Shown piece after piece: positions 56,928-64,000 of a stretch of 64,000 nt of DNA. The translations under genes were made by a program, and so were the position numbers. How positions within the stretch are numbered: position 1 is the first letter of the stretch; every line of letters starts with the position of its first letter. Below the pieces are notes generated by a model, which saw only the letters and a program-made list of their open reading frames with translations, did no database searches and was not told where the DNA came from. This stretch comes from Myxococcota bacterium. GTDB taxonomy: Bacteria > Myxococcota_A > UBA796 > UBA2385. The stretch lies in contig JBIJDH010000004.1 of NCBI GenBank assembly GCA_044344255.1, positions 426,632 through 490,631 of the forward strand. Reading direction: 5' to 3'.

Positions 56928-58274
56928 GGGGGCGGATCTCATCGAGAACACGGGCGGGATGGGGCGGATGAACGCCTGCGCGGTGGTCAGACTGTACGCC
57001 CCCTGGAAAGGGACGAGCAGTCGGTCCCCCTCCTCGATTCGGCTGGCGAAGCACCGGGCGCCCCAGGTGTCCTCGCAGTCACAGAGCGAGCCGCCGATGC
57101 GCACGGGGAGCTCGGTCTCGGCGGGGTGATCGAGGTTGACCACGGGGTGGTAGATCTGCGCGTACCGCTCCCAGCCCACCATGTTGATCCCACCGTCCAC
57201 GATGACCAGATCGTCGAGCTTCCGGTCGACCACTCGCAGCAGGATGTGGAGGGCCGGGGTGGAGATGACCCGCCCTGGCTCCGTCCAGACCTCGACCGCC
57301 GCGTGGGGCAGGACATGCGCCTCGATGGCCGCGCCGATGGCTACGGCGTAGCGTTCGAGGGGGACGGAGGGCTTCTCCAGCGCAGGGTGGGTGAAGCGGG
57401 TGTCCACACCAGCCTCCTCGTTGGCGATCTGGAGCACGGCGGCCAACGGGTGATCGGCGGGCTGGGCGCCCTCGAGCTGGTGGGGTCGGAAGCCGCCGCC
57501 GACGTCGAAGAAGCGCAGGCGGGCGCGCTGGTCGGGGCGGAGCTGCGCTCGGATCGCCGCCCCGAGCTCGGCGATGACCCGCTCGTAGGGAGCAGGGTCC
57601 CGGTTCCACGAGAGGTGAAATTGGAGGCCCTCGAGGTGCAGGTAGGGGTAGGCCTCCGCCTCCCGGAAGGCGGCGCCGAGGGTCTCGGCGGGGACGCCGA
57701 ACTTGGTCCACGCCCCCTGTGCGGCGGTGCTCAGCCGCAGGCCCGCGCGGATCGGGGTCTGCGCCTCCGCAGCCCGTCGACCCAGGCGGCGGAGCTCGCC
57801 CAGGCTGTCGAGGTGCACGGTGATGCGGTCGGCGACGGTGAGCGCCAGCCGTAGGTCCGAATCGGACTTGGCCGGACCGCTGAAGACGAGGGGGCAGGGG
57901 GGCAGTCGAAGGGCGGCGCGGAGCTCCTGCTCGCTCGCCACGTCGAGGCCAAAGCCCTCCTCAATCGCGGCGGCGAGCAGGGTGGGGTGCGGGTTCGACT
58001 TTACGGCGTAGAAAGGGCGGTGTCCGGCGAGCCTTGGATCAAAGGCCGCGCGGAAGGCGCGGAGGGCCTCGCGGTGCCCATCGCCGTCGTAGAGGTAGCA
58101 GGGGGTCTCCACCGCCTCGGCCGTCCGCAGCAGGGCCTGGCGGCGCTCGATCACGAAGCGCGCCACATGTCGGAGATCGGCGGGACGGGCGGCGGGGGGG
58201 GCGAGGAGCAGCGCGTGGAGCCGCGCCCGGGCCGCACCTTCATCCACCACGATCCCTTCGGCTGGGGCGGTCAT
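56925..58274 (-). CDS. Fold-type III PLP-dependent decarboxylase (DAP/Orn/Arg decarboxylase family)
   Basis: TPCYLYD, FYAVKSN (PLP Lys), DVAS..E, GPAK, KFG, DVGGGF, EPGR, GSLCDCED, GAYS. ATG at 58274 overlaps the upstream stop. Confidence 0.85.
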   Translation of the reverse strand: MTAPAEGIVVDEGAARARLHALLLAPPAARPADLRHVARFVIERRQALLRTAEAVETPCYLYDGDGHREALRAFRAAFDPRLAGHRPFYAVKSNPHPTLLAAAIEEGFGLDVASEQELRAALRLPPCPLVFSGPAKSDSDLRLALTVADRITVHLDSLGELRRLGRRAAEAQTPIRAGLRLSTAAQGAWTKFGVPAETLGAAFREAEAYPYLHLEGLQFHLSWNRDPAPYERVIAELGAAIRAQLRPDQRARLRFFDVGGGFRPHQLEGAQPADHPLAAVLQIANEEAGVDTRFTHPALEKPSVPLERYAVAIGAAIEAHVLPHAAVEVWTEPGRVISTPALHILLRVVDRKLDDLVIVDGGINMVGWERYAQIYHPVVNLDHPAETELPVRIGGSLCDCEDTWGARCFASRIEEGDRLLVPFQGAYSLTTAQAFIRPIPPVFSMRSAP

Positions 58275-59593
58275 GTCGGCCCGCGGAGCTGCATCAGCAA
58301 GGTCACCGTCTCGGGCAGAAAGGCGCCCTCTTCGGTGAACAGCGGGCGGCTGGCGAGGAGGGTGGCGATGTTCGTCCCCCCGGGGGTGGTCTCGTTCGGG
58401 TGAGCGAGGCGGATGACCGTGAGCTCGTCGTCCGGTCTCAGGCCCGCGCGGAGCCAAGCGGCGGCTCCGCCTTCGGCGGTCCGGGTGCTCCAGGCGCCGT
58501 TCACCGGCTCGTCCCCCAGGATGACCTCTGGCGCGCCCAGGCGGTGGACCAGGTCGAGCGTGGCGCCGGCGAAGTCGCTGTCAGGGAGGCCAAGTAAGCG
58601 AGGATTCGGCGTGTAACATGGCTTGTTACGGAAAGCCTCGATCAAGAGCCGCCCGGCGGGGAGGCCGTGGAGGAGGGCGGGGTGCCGGAAGAGCTGCGGG
58701 GTCGCCGCAGAGAGGCGCGGGTTGCACTCGATGATCAGCGGCTCACCGTCGGGAGTGGCGATGAGGTCGATGTTGGCGGGGCCACGGTATCCGGCCTGGT
58801 GGAGGAGCAGCCCGAGGTGGAGCAGCCGATCGTCAAGGCGCGCTCGGAGGGCCGAGTCGAGCGCGGATGTGGGCTGCCACTGGATCCCCGCGAAGCAGAG
58901 GCCGCCCCCTCGAGGGGGGTAGTAGCACTGAAGACGTGCGGCGGAGAGGGCGACGCAGTCTTCGGAGATGAAGAGGGTCAAGCCGAGCGGCCTCCCGACC
59001 ACCGCTTCGCGGAGGAGGAGCTCGCCGCGGAGGGGGAGCAGTCGATCCCGCACGAGGGCGTCTACGTCGGCCCGGTCGTTGACGAAGTAGGTGCCCTCGC
59101 CGCCCATGGAGTCGGGGATCTGGAGGACACAGGGGCCCGCGATCGGCAGCGGCTCGGGGGGGTAGAGCCGAAAGGGGCCACCCTTCGGAACGGGCAGGTG
59201 ATGGCGGCGTAAGAAGGCGTCAAACCAGAGCTTGTCCTCGAGGTGGGACTGAAGGGTGGGGTTCGGTCCGAGCAGGTTCACGCCCGAGTCGCGGGCCCAC
59301 TCGCGGATCGCCGCGGAGGAGCTGACGGGGAGGAGCAGGTCGGCGATCCCGGCGTGGTGCAGACATTGGCCGATGTCGGAGGCTCGGAGCAGGTCGGCTG
59401 TGGCGGGGTACGGGCCGAGGTGCTCGTAGAGATCGTAAGAGAGCACCCGATCGTCGCCGAAGGCCGCCCGGGCCCAGGCCACTTCGGGGGTCCCGGCCTC
59501 GGCCAGCAGGTAGCCGCGAGCGGGACCGGAATCGAGGAAGAGTCCGTCGATCCCGCGGACCAGGGAGGCGAAGGGGCGATGGGCGCGGCTCAA
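58271..59593 (-). CDS. ATP-grasp domain protein (divergent)
   Basis: LEDKLWF, SMGGEGTYFV, GYRGPANIDLI, IIECNPRLSA (E-x-N-x-R). TTG start overlaps the upstream stop. Confidence 0.78.
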   Translation of the reverse strand: MSRAHRPFASLVRGIDGLFLDSGPARGYLLAEAGTPEVAWARAAFGDDRVLSYDLYEHLGPYPATADLLRASDIGQCLHHAGIADLLLPVSSSAAIREWARDSGVNLLGPNPTLQSHLEDKLWFDAFLRRHHLPVPKGGPFRLYPPEPLPIAGPCVLQIPDSMGGEGTYFVNDRADVDALVRDRLLPLRGELLLREAVVGRPLGLTLFISEDCVALSAARLQCYYPPRGGGLCFAGIQWQPTSALDSALRARLDDRLLHLGLLLHQAGYRGPANIDLIATPDGEPLIIECNPRLSAATPQLFRHPALLHGLPAGRLLIEAFRNKPCYTPNPRLLGLPDSDFAGATLDLVHRLGAPEVILGDEPVNGAWSTRTAEGGAAAWLRAGLRPDDELTVIRLAHPNETTPGGTNIATLLASRPLFTEEGAFLPETVTLLMQLRGPT

Positions 59594-60582
59594 AGGCGGG
59601 CCTCCTGGCGCGCGTTGGCCGCGTCGACGATCTGTCCGAGGAGCGCGGCGTAGGAGAGGCCGCCGGCCGCGGCCATCCTCGCCAGTCCGGCGCTCGGATG
59701 GAGGTCCGGGTTGGTGTTGATGTCGATGAAGAGCGGCTCCAGTCCAGAGGGCGTCTCGCGGAGACGTACGTCACAGCGTCCGTAGTCGCGGACATCGAGC
59801 GCCTCGGCCACCCGCTCGAGCAGGGCGTCGATCCGCCGTTGGAGATCCTGCCCATAGCGAGCGGGCTCAGGCGTCGAGTCACGGAAGGCGGCGGAGTCCG
59901 GCTCCCACTTGGCCGAGTAGTCGAGGATCCGCGGCCCGCCGTCGAAGGCGGGGCCGAAGGTGATCGTGGACTGCGGGAGGAGGCGTCGAGGCTGGTTGCC
60001 GACGAAGGCCACCTGCGCCTCGTCGCCGTCGATGTAGGCTTCCACCACCCAGCGCCGTCCGTGGGGTTGGAGGCGGCGGGCCTCCGCCTCTAAGGAGGGG
60101 CGGTCGACGAACACGGAGGCAGCGGTCATGCCAAGGCTGTTGTGCCCGTGCCGAGGCTTGAGGATCACCGGCATGGGCAGCTCGGGCGGGAGCTGGTCGA
60201 GGCGATGGCACTCGGGCACGGGCACGCCGAGGGCTCGCAGCAGGACCTTCGAGCTGTACTTGTCCCCGGAGAGCGCCCCGGCGTAGGCGCCGGAGCCGGT
60301 GAACGGCAGGCCGGTGCCCTCCAGCACCGCGGCGATGTTGGGCTCCATCACGATGTCGTAGCGGAGGCCCAGATCGGCTGCGTTGAAGACGAGGTCTGGC
60401 GAGCGGCGGGCCAACGTCGTGGCCCACTCGAATTCAGCGTCGAGGAAGAGGGAATCCGCGGCGTGCCCGAGCGCCCGGAGGGCCGTGATCAAGTGCCCCT
60501 GCGTCTCCCAGGCGCTGACCACCGTCGGGTCTGTCGAGCCGGGCCGACCCTGGTGGAGCACCGTGATGTCGTGCGAGGCCAT
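59590..60582 (-). CDS. D-Ala-D-Ala-ligase-like ATP-grasp protein (non-housekeeping type)
   Basis: PDLVFNAA, LE..GLPFTGS, DKYSSK, PVILKP..GHNSLG, VEAYIDG, ILDYSAKW, RDYGRCDVRL, DINTNP; lacks the Ddl N-terminal GG.S.E and LHG..GEDG motifs. Confidence 0.85.
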   Translation of the reverse strand: MASHDITVLHQGRPGSTDPTVVSAWETQGHLITALRALGHAADSLFLDAEFEWATTLARRSPDLVFNAADLGLRYDIVMEPNIAAVLEGTGLPFTGSGAYAGALSGDKYSSKVLLRALGVPVPECHRLDQLPPELPMPVILKPRHGHNSLGMTAASVFVDRPSLEAEARRLQPHGRRWVVEAYIDGDEAQVAFVGNQPRRLLPQSTITFGPAFDGGPRILDYSAKWEPDSAAFRDSTPEPARYGQDLQRRIDALLERVAEALDVRDYGRCDVRLRETPSGLEPLFIDINTNPDLHPSAGLARMAAAGGLSYAALLGQIVDAANARQEARL

Positions 60583-60667
60583 GAAGATCCACCCAATGGG
60601 GTCGCGTAACCGCTCGGCTATGGGAGGGGCCCTCGGCGGGGGACGAGAAGCGTGGCAGGCTGGGGTC

Positions 60668-62095
60668 GTGGCCCGCCTCTTCCCCTTGCTGATCGTCGCC
60701 GCGCTCCTCCGCCTGCTGCGCACGCTCGTACGCTGGGACGAGGTGGCTTGGTTGTATGCGGCCTATTCGGCCGACACCTCGGCGGCTCTCGAGGAGGGCA
60801 GGCTGCTCGACGCGTTGACCGGCTGGACCGGGCTGCACCCGCCGCTCTTCTCGCTGATCCACGCCGGGACGGAGTGGCTGGCGCCAGCGCCCTTGCTCTG
60901 GCTGGCCACCTCCGCCGCCGCCTCGCTGCTCGCGGTGTTCGTCGTCGCGCGGCGCGACGAGGGCGCAGGGTGGCTGCTCGCGACCGCGCCGATCCAGCTC
61001 ACCTACGCCGCAGAGGTCAACGACTACCCTCTGCTCGAGCTGGCGGTCGCCCTCCTCTGGGCCCTCCGTCGGCCGGTGGCCGAAGGGAGGTCCTCCGCGC
61101 TGGGCCTCGGCCTCGTGGGCGTGATCGCCGCTTGGACGCACCCGCTCGGCGGGCTGGTGGCGGGCGGCGTCGCGCTCAGCCTCCCCGCCGGCCCCCGCGG
61201 CGTCGCGCTCTCGCTCATGGGGCTCGGCGCGCTCCCGCTCGCGCCCACGGTGCTGCGGCAGCTCGCAGATCCCAGCGGTACGCGGCAACCGCCCTTCAAG
61301 GCCGCCCTCGTGGTGGGCTCCTACTTGGATCGGTTCGGCGCGCTCGGTCTCCTGGGCCTGCCGCTCCTGGTCTTCGGGGCCGCGCCCCGTCGCGCCGAGC
61401 TCCTGGGTGGCGTCGGGATGTTGCTGGTGATCGGCGTCCTCGTGGCGCTGGGCTTCGCCGCGCCCCACCAGTTTCCCTACTTCGTCTGCGTCGGCGCGCC
61501 CTTGGCCTTGGTGATGAGCGCGGGCGCCCGCGGGCGGTGGCGGCTGCTCCTTGCGGGCCTGGTGCTCGCTCAGGGGCTCTGGTTTGGGGGCTTCGACGCG
61601 CTGCGGCTCCGGGCGCTGTGGTTGGACCCGCCCCGCGCCGTCGATCGAGCGCTGGGCGAGCTCCAGCAGCGCTGGTCCTGCACCGACCTGCCCAGCCCGA
61701 GCTGCGCGGGGGACGCCCTTTACCTGCTCGCGCCGGCGGGGCTGGATGATGACGACAAGGGGCGGAGCTCCGCCGTGTTGTGGCGCCTCCGGCCGTGGTG
61801 GGCGATGCCGATGGTCCGGCCCTACCTGTTTCGATACGCCGACTTTCGCCACGGGCAGCCCCGCCTCGTACGGGGCTACGCCACCTATGTGAACGACAAC
61901 CTCCGGCCCGAGCTCGAGCTCGCCGTCGCGGCCCATCCGCGCCTCTGGCTGGTGGTCTATGAACATGGCGAGCGAGCGGAGCTCACGACCAAGCTGGCGG
62001 CCCGCCTGCGCGTAGAGCCCGAGCGGATCGGCGGCGACCTGTTGTTCCGGCTCGGCTCAACCGCGCCCTCGCCCTCGCCCTCGCCCGCACCCTGA
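60668..62095 (+). CDS. Polytopic membrane protein, GT-C (PMT/ArnT-like) glycosyltransferase-like
   Basis: First TM followed by RWDE and HPPLF loop motifs; about 10 hydrophobic segments; C-terminal soluble domain (RLWLVVY). Confidence 0.6.
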   Translation: MARLFPLLIVAALLRLLRTLVRWDEVAWLYAAYSADTSAALEEGRLLDALTGWTGLHPPLFSLIHAGTEWLAPAPLLWLATSAAASLLAVFVVARRDEGAGWLLATAPIQLTYAAEVNDYPLLELAVALLWALRRPVAEGRSSALGLGLVGVIAAWTHPLGGLVAGGVALSLPAGPRGVALSLMGLGALPLAPTVLRQLADPSGTRQPPFKAALVVGSYLDRFGALGLLGLPLLVFGAAPRRAELLGGVGMLLVIGVLVALGFAAPHQFPYFVCVGAPLALVMSAGARGRWRLLLAGLVLAQGLWFGGFDALRLRALWLDPPRAVDRALGELQQRWSCTDLPSPSCAGDALYLLAPAGLDDDDKGRSSAVLWRLRPWWAMPMVRPYLFRYADFRHGQPRLVRGYATYVNDNLRPELELAVAAHPRLWLVVYEHGERAELTTKLAARLRVEPERIGGDLLFRLGSTAPSPSPSPAP

Positions 62096-62105
62096 GGCCT
62101 GTGCT

Positions 62106-62558
62106 TTGAACGGGCTGCTCGTCCTTCTGCTGGGGCTCGTCCTCCTCCTCCTCGGGATCGTGATCTGGCTCACCCGGGCCCCAGGGCGGAGAGCGGTGAA
62201 GCGGAGCCGCCGGGCCCTCCGCGGGGAGGCCGACGCAGAGGCCCTGCTCGAGGGAGAGGGCTGGGTCGTTCGGGAGCGCCAGCACAGCGCAGAGGGCGCG
62301 ATGCGGATCGACGGGGAGCTCGTCTACTACACGGTCCGGATCGACCTCCTCGTCGAGCGAGACGGGGACCTCGCGGTGGCCGAGGTCAAGACCGGGGGCA
62401 GGGCCCCAGACCCCGCCTTCGGCCCCACCCGTCGGCAGCTCCTCGAGTACAGCGTGCTCTTCCCAGACTGTCGCGTCCTCCTGGTGGACGTCGAGGCCGG
62501 ACTCATCCACGAGGTGGAGCTGTGCTGGCCCGGGGAGGAGCCCGAGGAGGAGGAGTAG
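62106..62558 (+). CDS. Membrane-anchored PD-(D/E)XK nuclease-fold protein
   Basis: N-terminal TM helix; GEADA, RIDLLV...VAEVKTG, RQLLEY. Confidence 0.7.
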   Translation: MNGLLVLLLGLVLLLLGIVIWLTRAPGRRAVKRSRRALRGEADAEALLEGEGWVVRERQHSAEGAMRIDGELVYYTVRIDLLVERDGDLAVAEVKTGGRAPDPAFGPTRRQLLEYSVLFPDCRVLLVDVEAGLIHEVELCWPGEEPEEEE

Positions 62559-62656
62559 GGGGTGGATAAGACCCCGAACGGCGGCAGCGGAAAGGCAGGC
62601 AGCGGATAGGCTGGCGGAGAACGACGACGGGGCCACGACGTGCCCCTGGAGGCGCG

Positions 62657-63475
62657 GTGAGCTGGTTCCTTCGGCATTCCCGTTCGCGCAGCCCGGATGA
62701 GTTCAACCGCGAGATCGGACGCTATCTCCGCGCCGCGGGGGTCGACCGCGCGCTGGAGCAGTGGAGCGGCCCCTTCGGGGTTCGGCGCTTCGTGATCCGC
62801 TTTGCCCGCCAGGGCGCGGGGGTGCGGGCCTTCACCTTGGACGCGGTGCGCCTGCGCGCCGGGGGTGGGCCTCCGCTTCCCGATCCCGATGATCGGGCCC
62901 TCCAGAGGGTCGAGCGGGCGCTGACCGCGCTCTACCACAACATGGCCACAGGCCCCGCCTGGCAAGAAGGGGCGATCGGCTACATCCGCGACGCCGCCAA
63001 CGCCGTGCAGCTCTTGCCGCTGTTCGACGAGGACGCCGCCGATGCCGAGCTCGATCGGCTGCCCGTGCCCCCGGACGGGCACCCCCTCGAGGCGCCGGAC
63101 TACAGCCCCCTGCTCGCGGCGTGGGAGGCGCAGATGGCCGGCGTGCGGGCGTCTACCGCCGCCGTGCCCCACGACTGGGAGGAGTGGGCGGTTGAGGGCG
63201 ATCGGGAGCTGGTCCTCCTGGGGCCCGGCCCGCTGCGGAGGCGACTGCGCGCTCAGCCCCTCGCCACCTTTGATCCAAAGTCGGGCCGCTTCGCGTGGCA
63301 GACCGGGGAGCCGCTCTTCGACGAAGAGGCGTTCATCCAGGAGTCCTTCACCGCATCGTGGGAGGCCGCCGTCGAGCTCGGCACGCTCACCACGGCCCGG
63401 CTGGGCGCCCGATGGCAGTTCATCCAGCCGGTCGACGAGCGCGGGATGGTCTTGTTGGTCGCCGTCTTCGGCTGA
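62657..63475 (+). CDS. Hypothetical protein (C-terminal part resembles DUF6882)
   Basis: GGAGG RBS before the GTG; C-terminal WEEWAVE...AQPLATFDPKSGRFAW pattern. Confidence 0.55.
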   Translation: MSWFLRHSRSRSPDEFNREIGRYLRAAGVDRALEQWSGPFGVRRFVIRFARQGAGVRAFTLDAVRLRAGGGPPLPDPDDRALQRVERALTALYHNMATGPAWQEGAIGYIRDAANAVQLLPLFDEDAADAELDRLPVPPDGHPLEAPDYSPLLAAWEAQMAGVRASTAAVPHDWEEWAVEGDRELVLLGPGPLRRRLRAQPLATFDPKSGRFAWQTGEPLFDEEAFIQESFTASWEAAVELGTLTTARLGARWQFIQPVDERGMVLLVAVFG

Positions 63476-63702
63476 GGGGAGGGGGGGAAGGGGAGGCGAG
63501 GGGAGCGGTCCCCCGACGTGGCGATCCGGCCCCCCCGATCATCTGCGGGCGATCCACCCGTCGGCCTTGACGGCTCCAGGGGGGCAGCATATCAGGCGGG
63601 CGCCTCGAAGAGATGTGTCCCATCGGTTGTGTTGGTTGGATCAGTCCACACTTGCACCTCCGACACTCAAGAACCCAATCTTCCAAAAGTAGATTGAGTG
63701 CC

Positions 63703-63731
63703 TTGACGAAAGTGGGAGGCTCACATAGATG
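63703..63731 (+). promoter_or_regulatory. rrn sigma70 promoter (upstream)
   Basis: TTGACG (63703-63708), 17-bp spacer, TAGATG (63726-63731), preceded by a relatively AT-rich UP-like tract. Confidence 0.6.
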
Positions 63732-63813
63732 CGGAGAACGCGGGCCAGATGGGCTCGCTCGGCCTGGTAGCGATTCCAGACCGCAGCTTCGAAAGTAAAT
63801 GGTTCGGATCGCC

Positions 63814-63851
63814 TTGACGGCGGAACGAAACGGAAGTAGAAAGCGGCCGCC
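63814..63851 (+). promoter_or_regulatory. rrn sigma70 promoter (downstream) with GC-rich discriminator
   Basis: TTGACG (63814-63819), 17-bp spacer, TAGAAA (63837-63842), then GCGGCCGCC. Confidence 0.7.
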
Positions 63852-63880
63852 AAACGGGCAGCCCTCGAAGCTCCCGGCCG

Positions 63881-63892
63881 GTCTTTGAAAAC
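63881..63892 (+). promoter_or_regulatory. rrn antitermination boxA
   Basis: GTCTTTGAAAAC in the leader between the promoter and the 16S gene. Confidence 0.7.
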
Positions 63893-63937
63893 CAGATAGC
63901 AACTCTCGTTTGAAACAAGTAAGAGTTTTTGTGGATT

Positions 63938-64000
<63 letters not shown>

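Noticed and set aside
59590..60582. Housekeeping ddl
   Set aside because: It lacks the GG.S.E and LHG..GEDG motifs and is not in a cell-wall gene cluster.
62106..62558. Cas4
   Set aside because: No four-Cys Fe-S cluster motif, it has a TM anchor, and there is no CRISPR context.

Overview
GC-rich bacterial chromosome segment, very probably Myxococcota. The evidence is a MYXO-CTERM protein, an AgmX/PglI-type C-terminal domain, a long deltaproteobacterial S41 protease, a DUF4388/J-like protein, and several Asp/Cys-rich 'putative metal-binding motif' surface proteins. About 44 tightly packed CDSs are supported, and the window ends in an rrn leader (tandem sigma70 promoters, boxA) and the first 63 nt of a 16S rRNA gene. 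Recognisable genes include larB/larC, ettA, ppx, ppk1, an M16 protease pair, a KamA-type lysine 2,3-aminomutase, a GH13 isoamylase-type lipoprotein and a LamB-like porin. I saw no CRISPR array, tRNA, transposase or integrase. Three clusters of unknown function stand out. (1) 45.3-50.0 kb: two paralogous ATP-grasp ligases divergent from a cyanophycinase/S51-like peptidase and an Ig/CBM-like-domain esterase, abutting ppk1; a candidate make-and-break system for an unknown peptide or polymer. (2) 55.6-60.6 kb: lysine 2,3-aminomutase converging on a coupled operon of a Ddl-like ligase, a second ATP-grasp ligase and a fold-III PLP decarboxylase; a candidate NRPS-independent beta-lysine/amine peptide pathway. 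(3) 25.0-32.8 kb: a six-gene envelope operon joining a lamin-tail lipoprotein, a CotH kinase, a beta-propeller, an exported isoamylase, a maltoporin-like porin and a lipoprotein, divergent from ppx. All assignments come from motif recognition by eye; no database searches were run.
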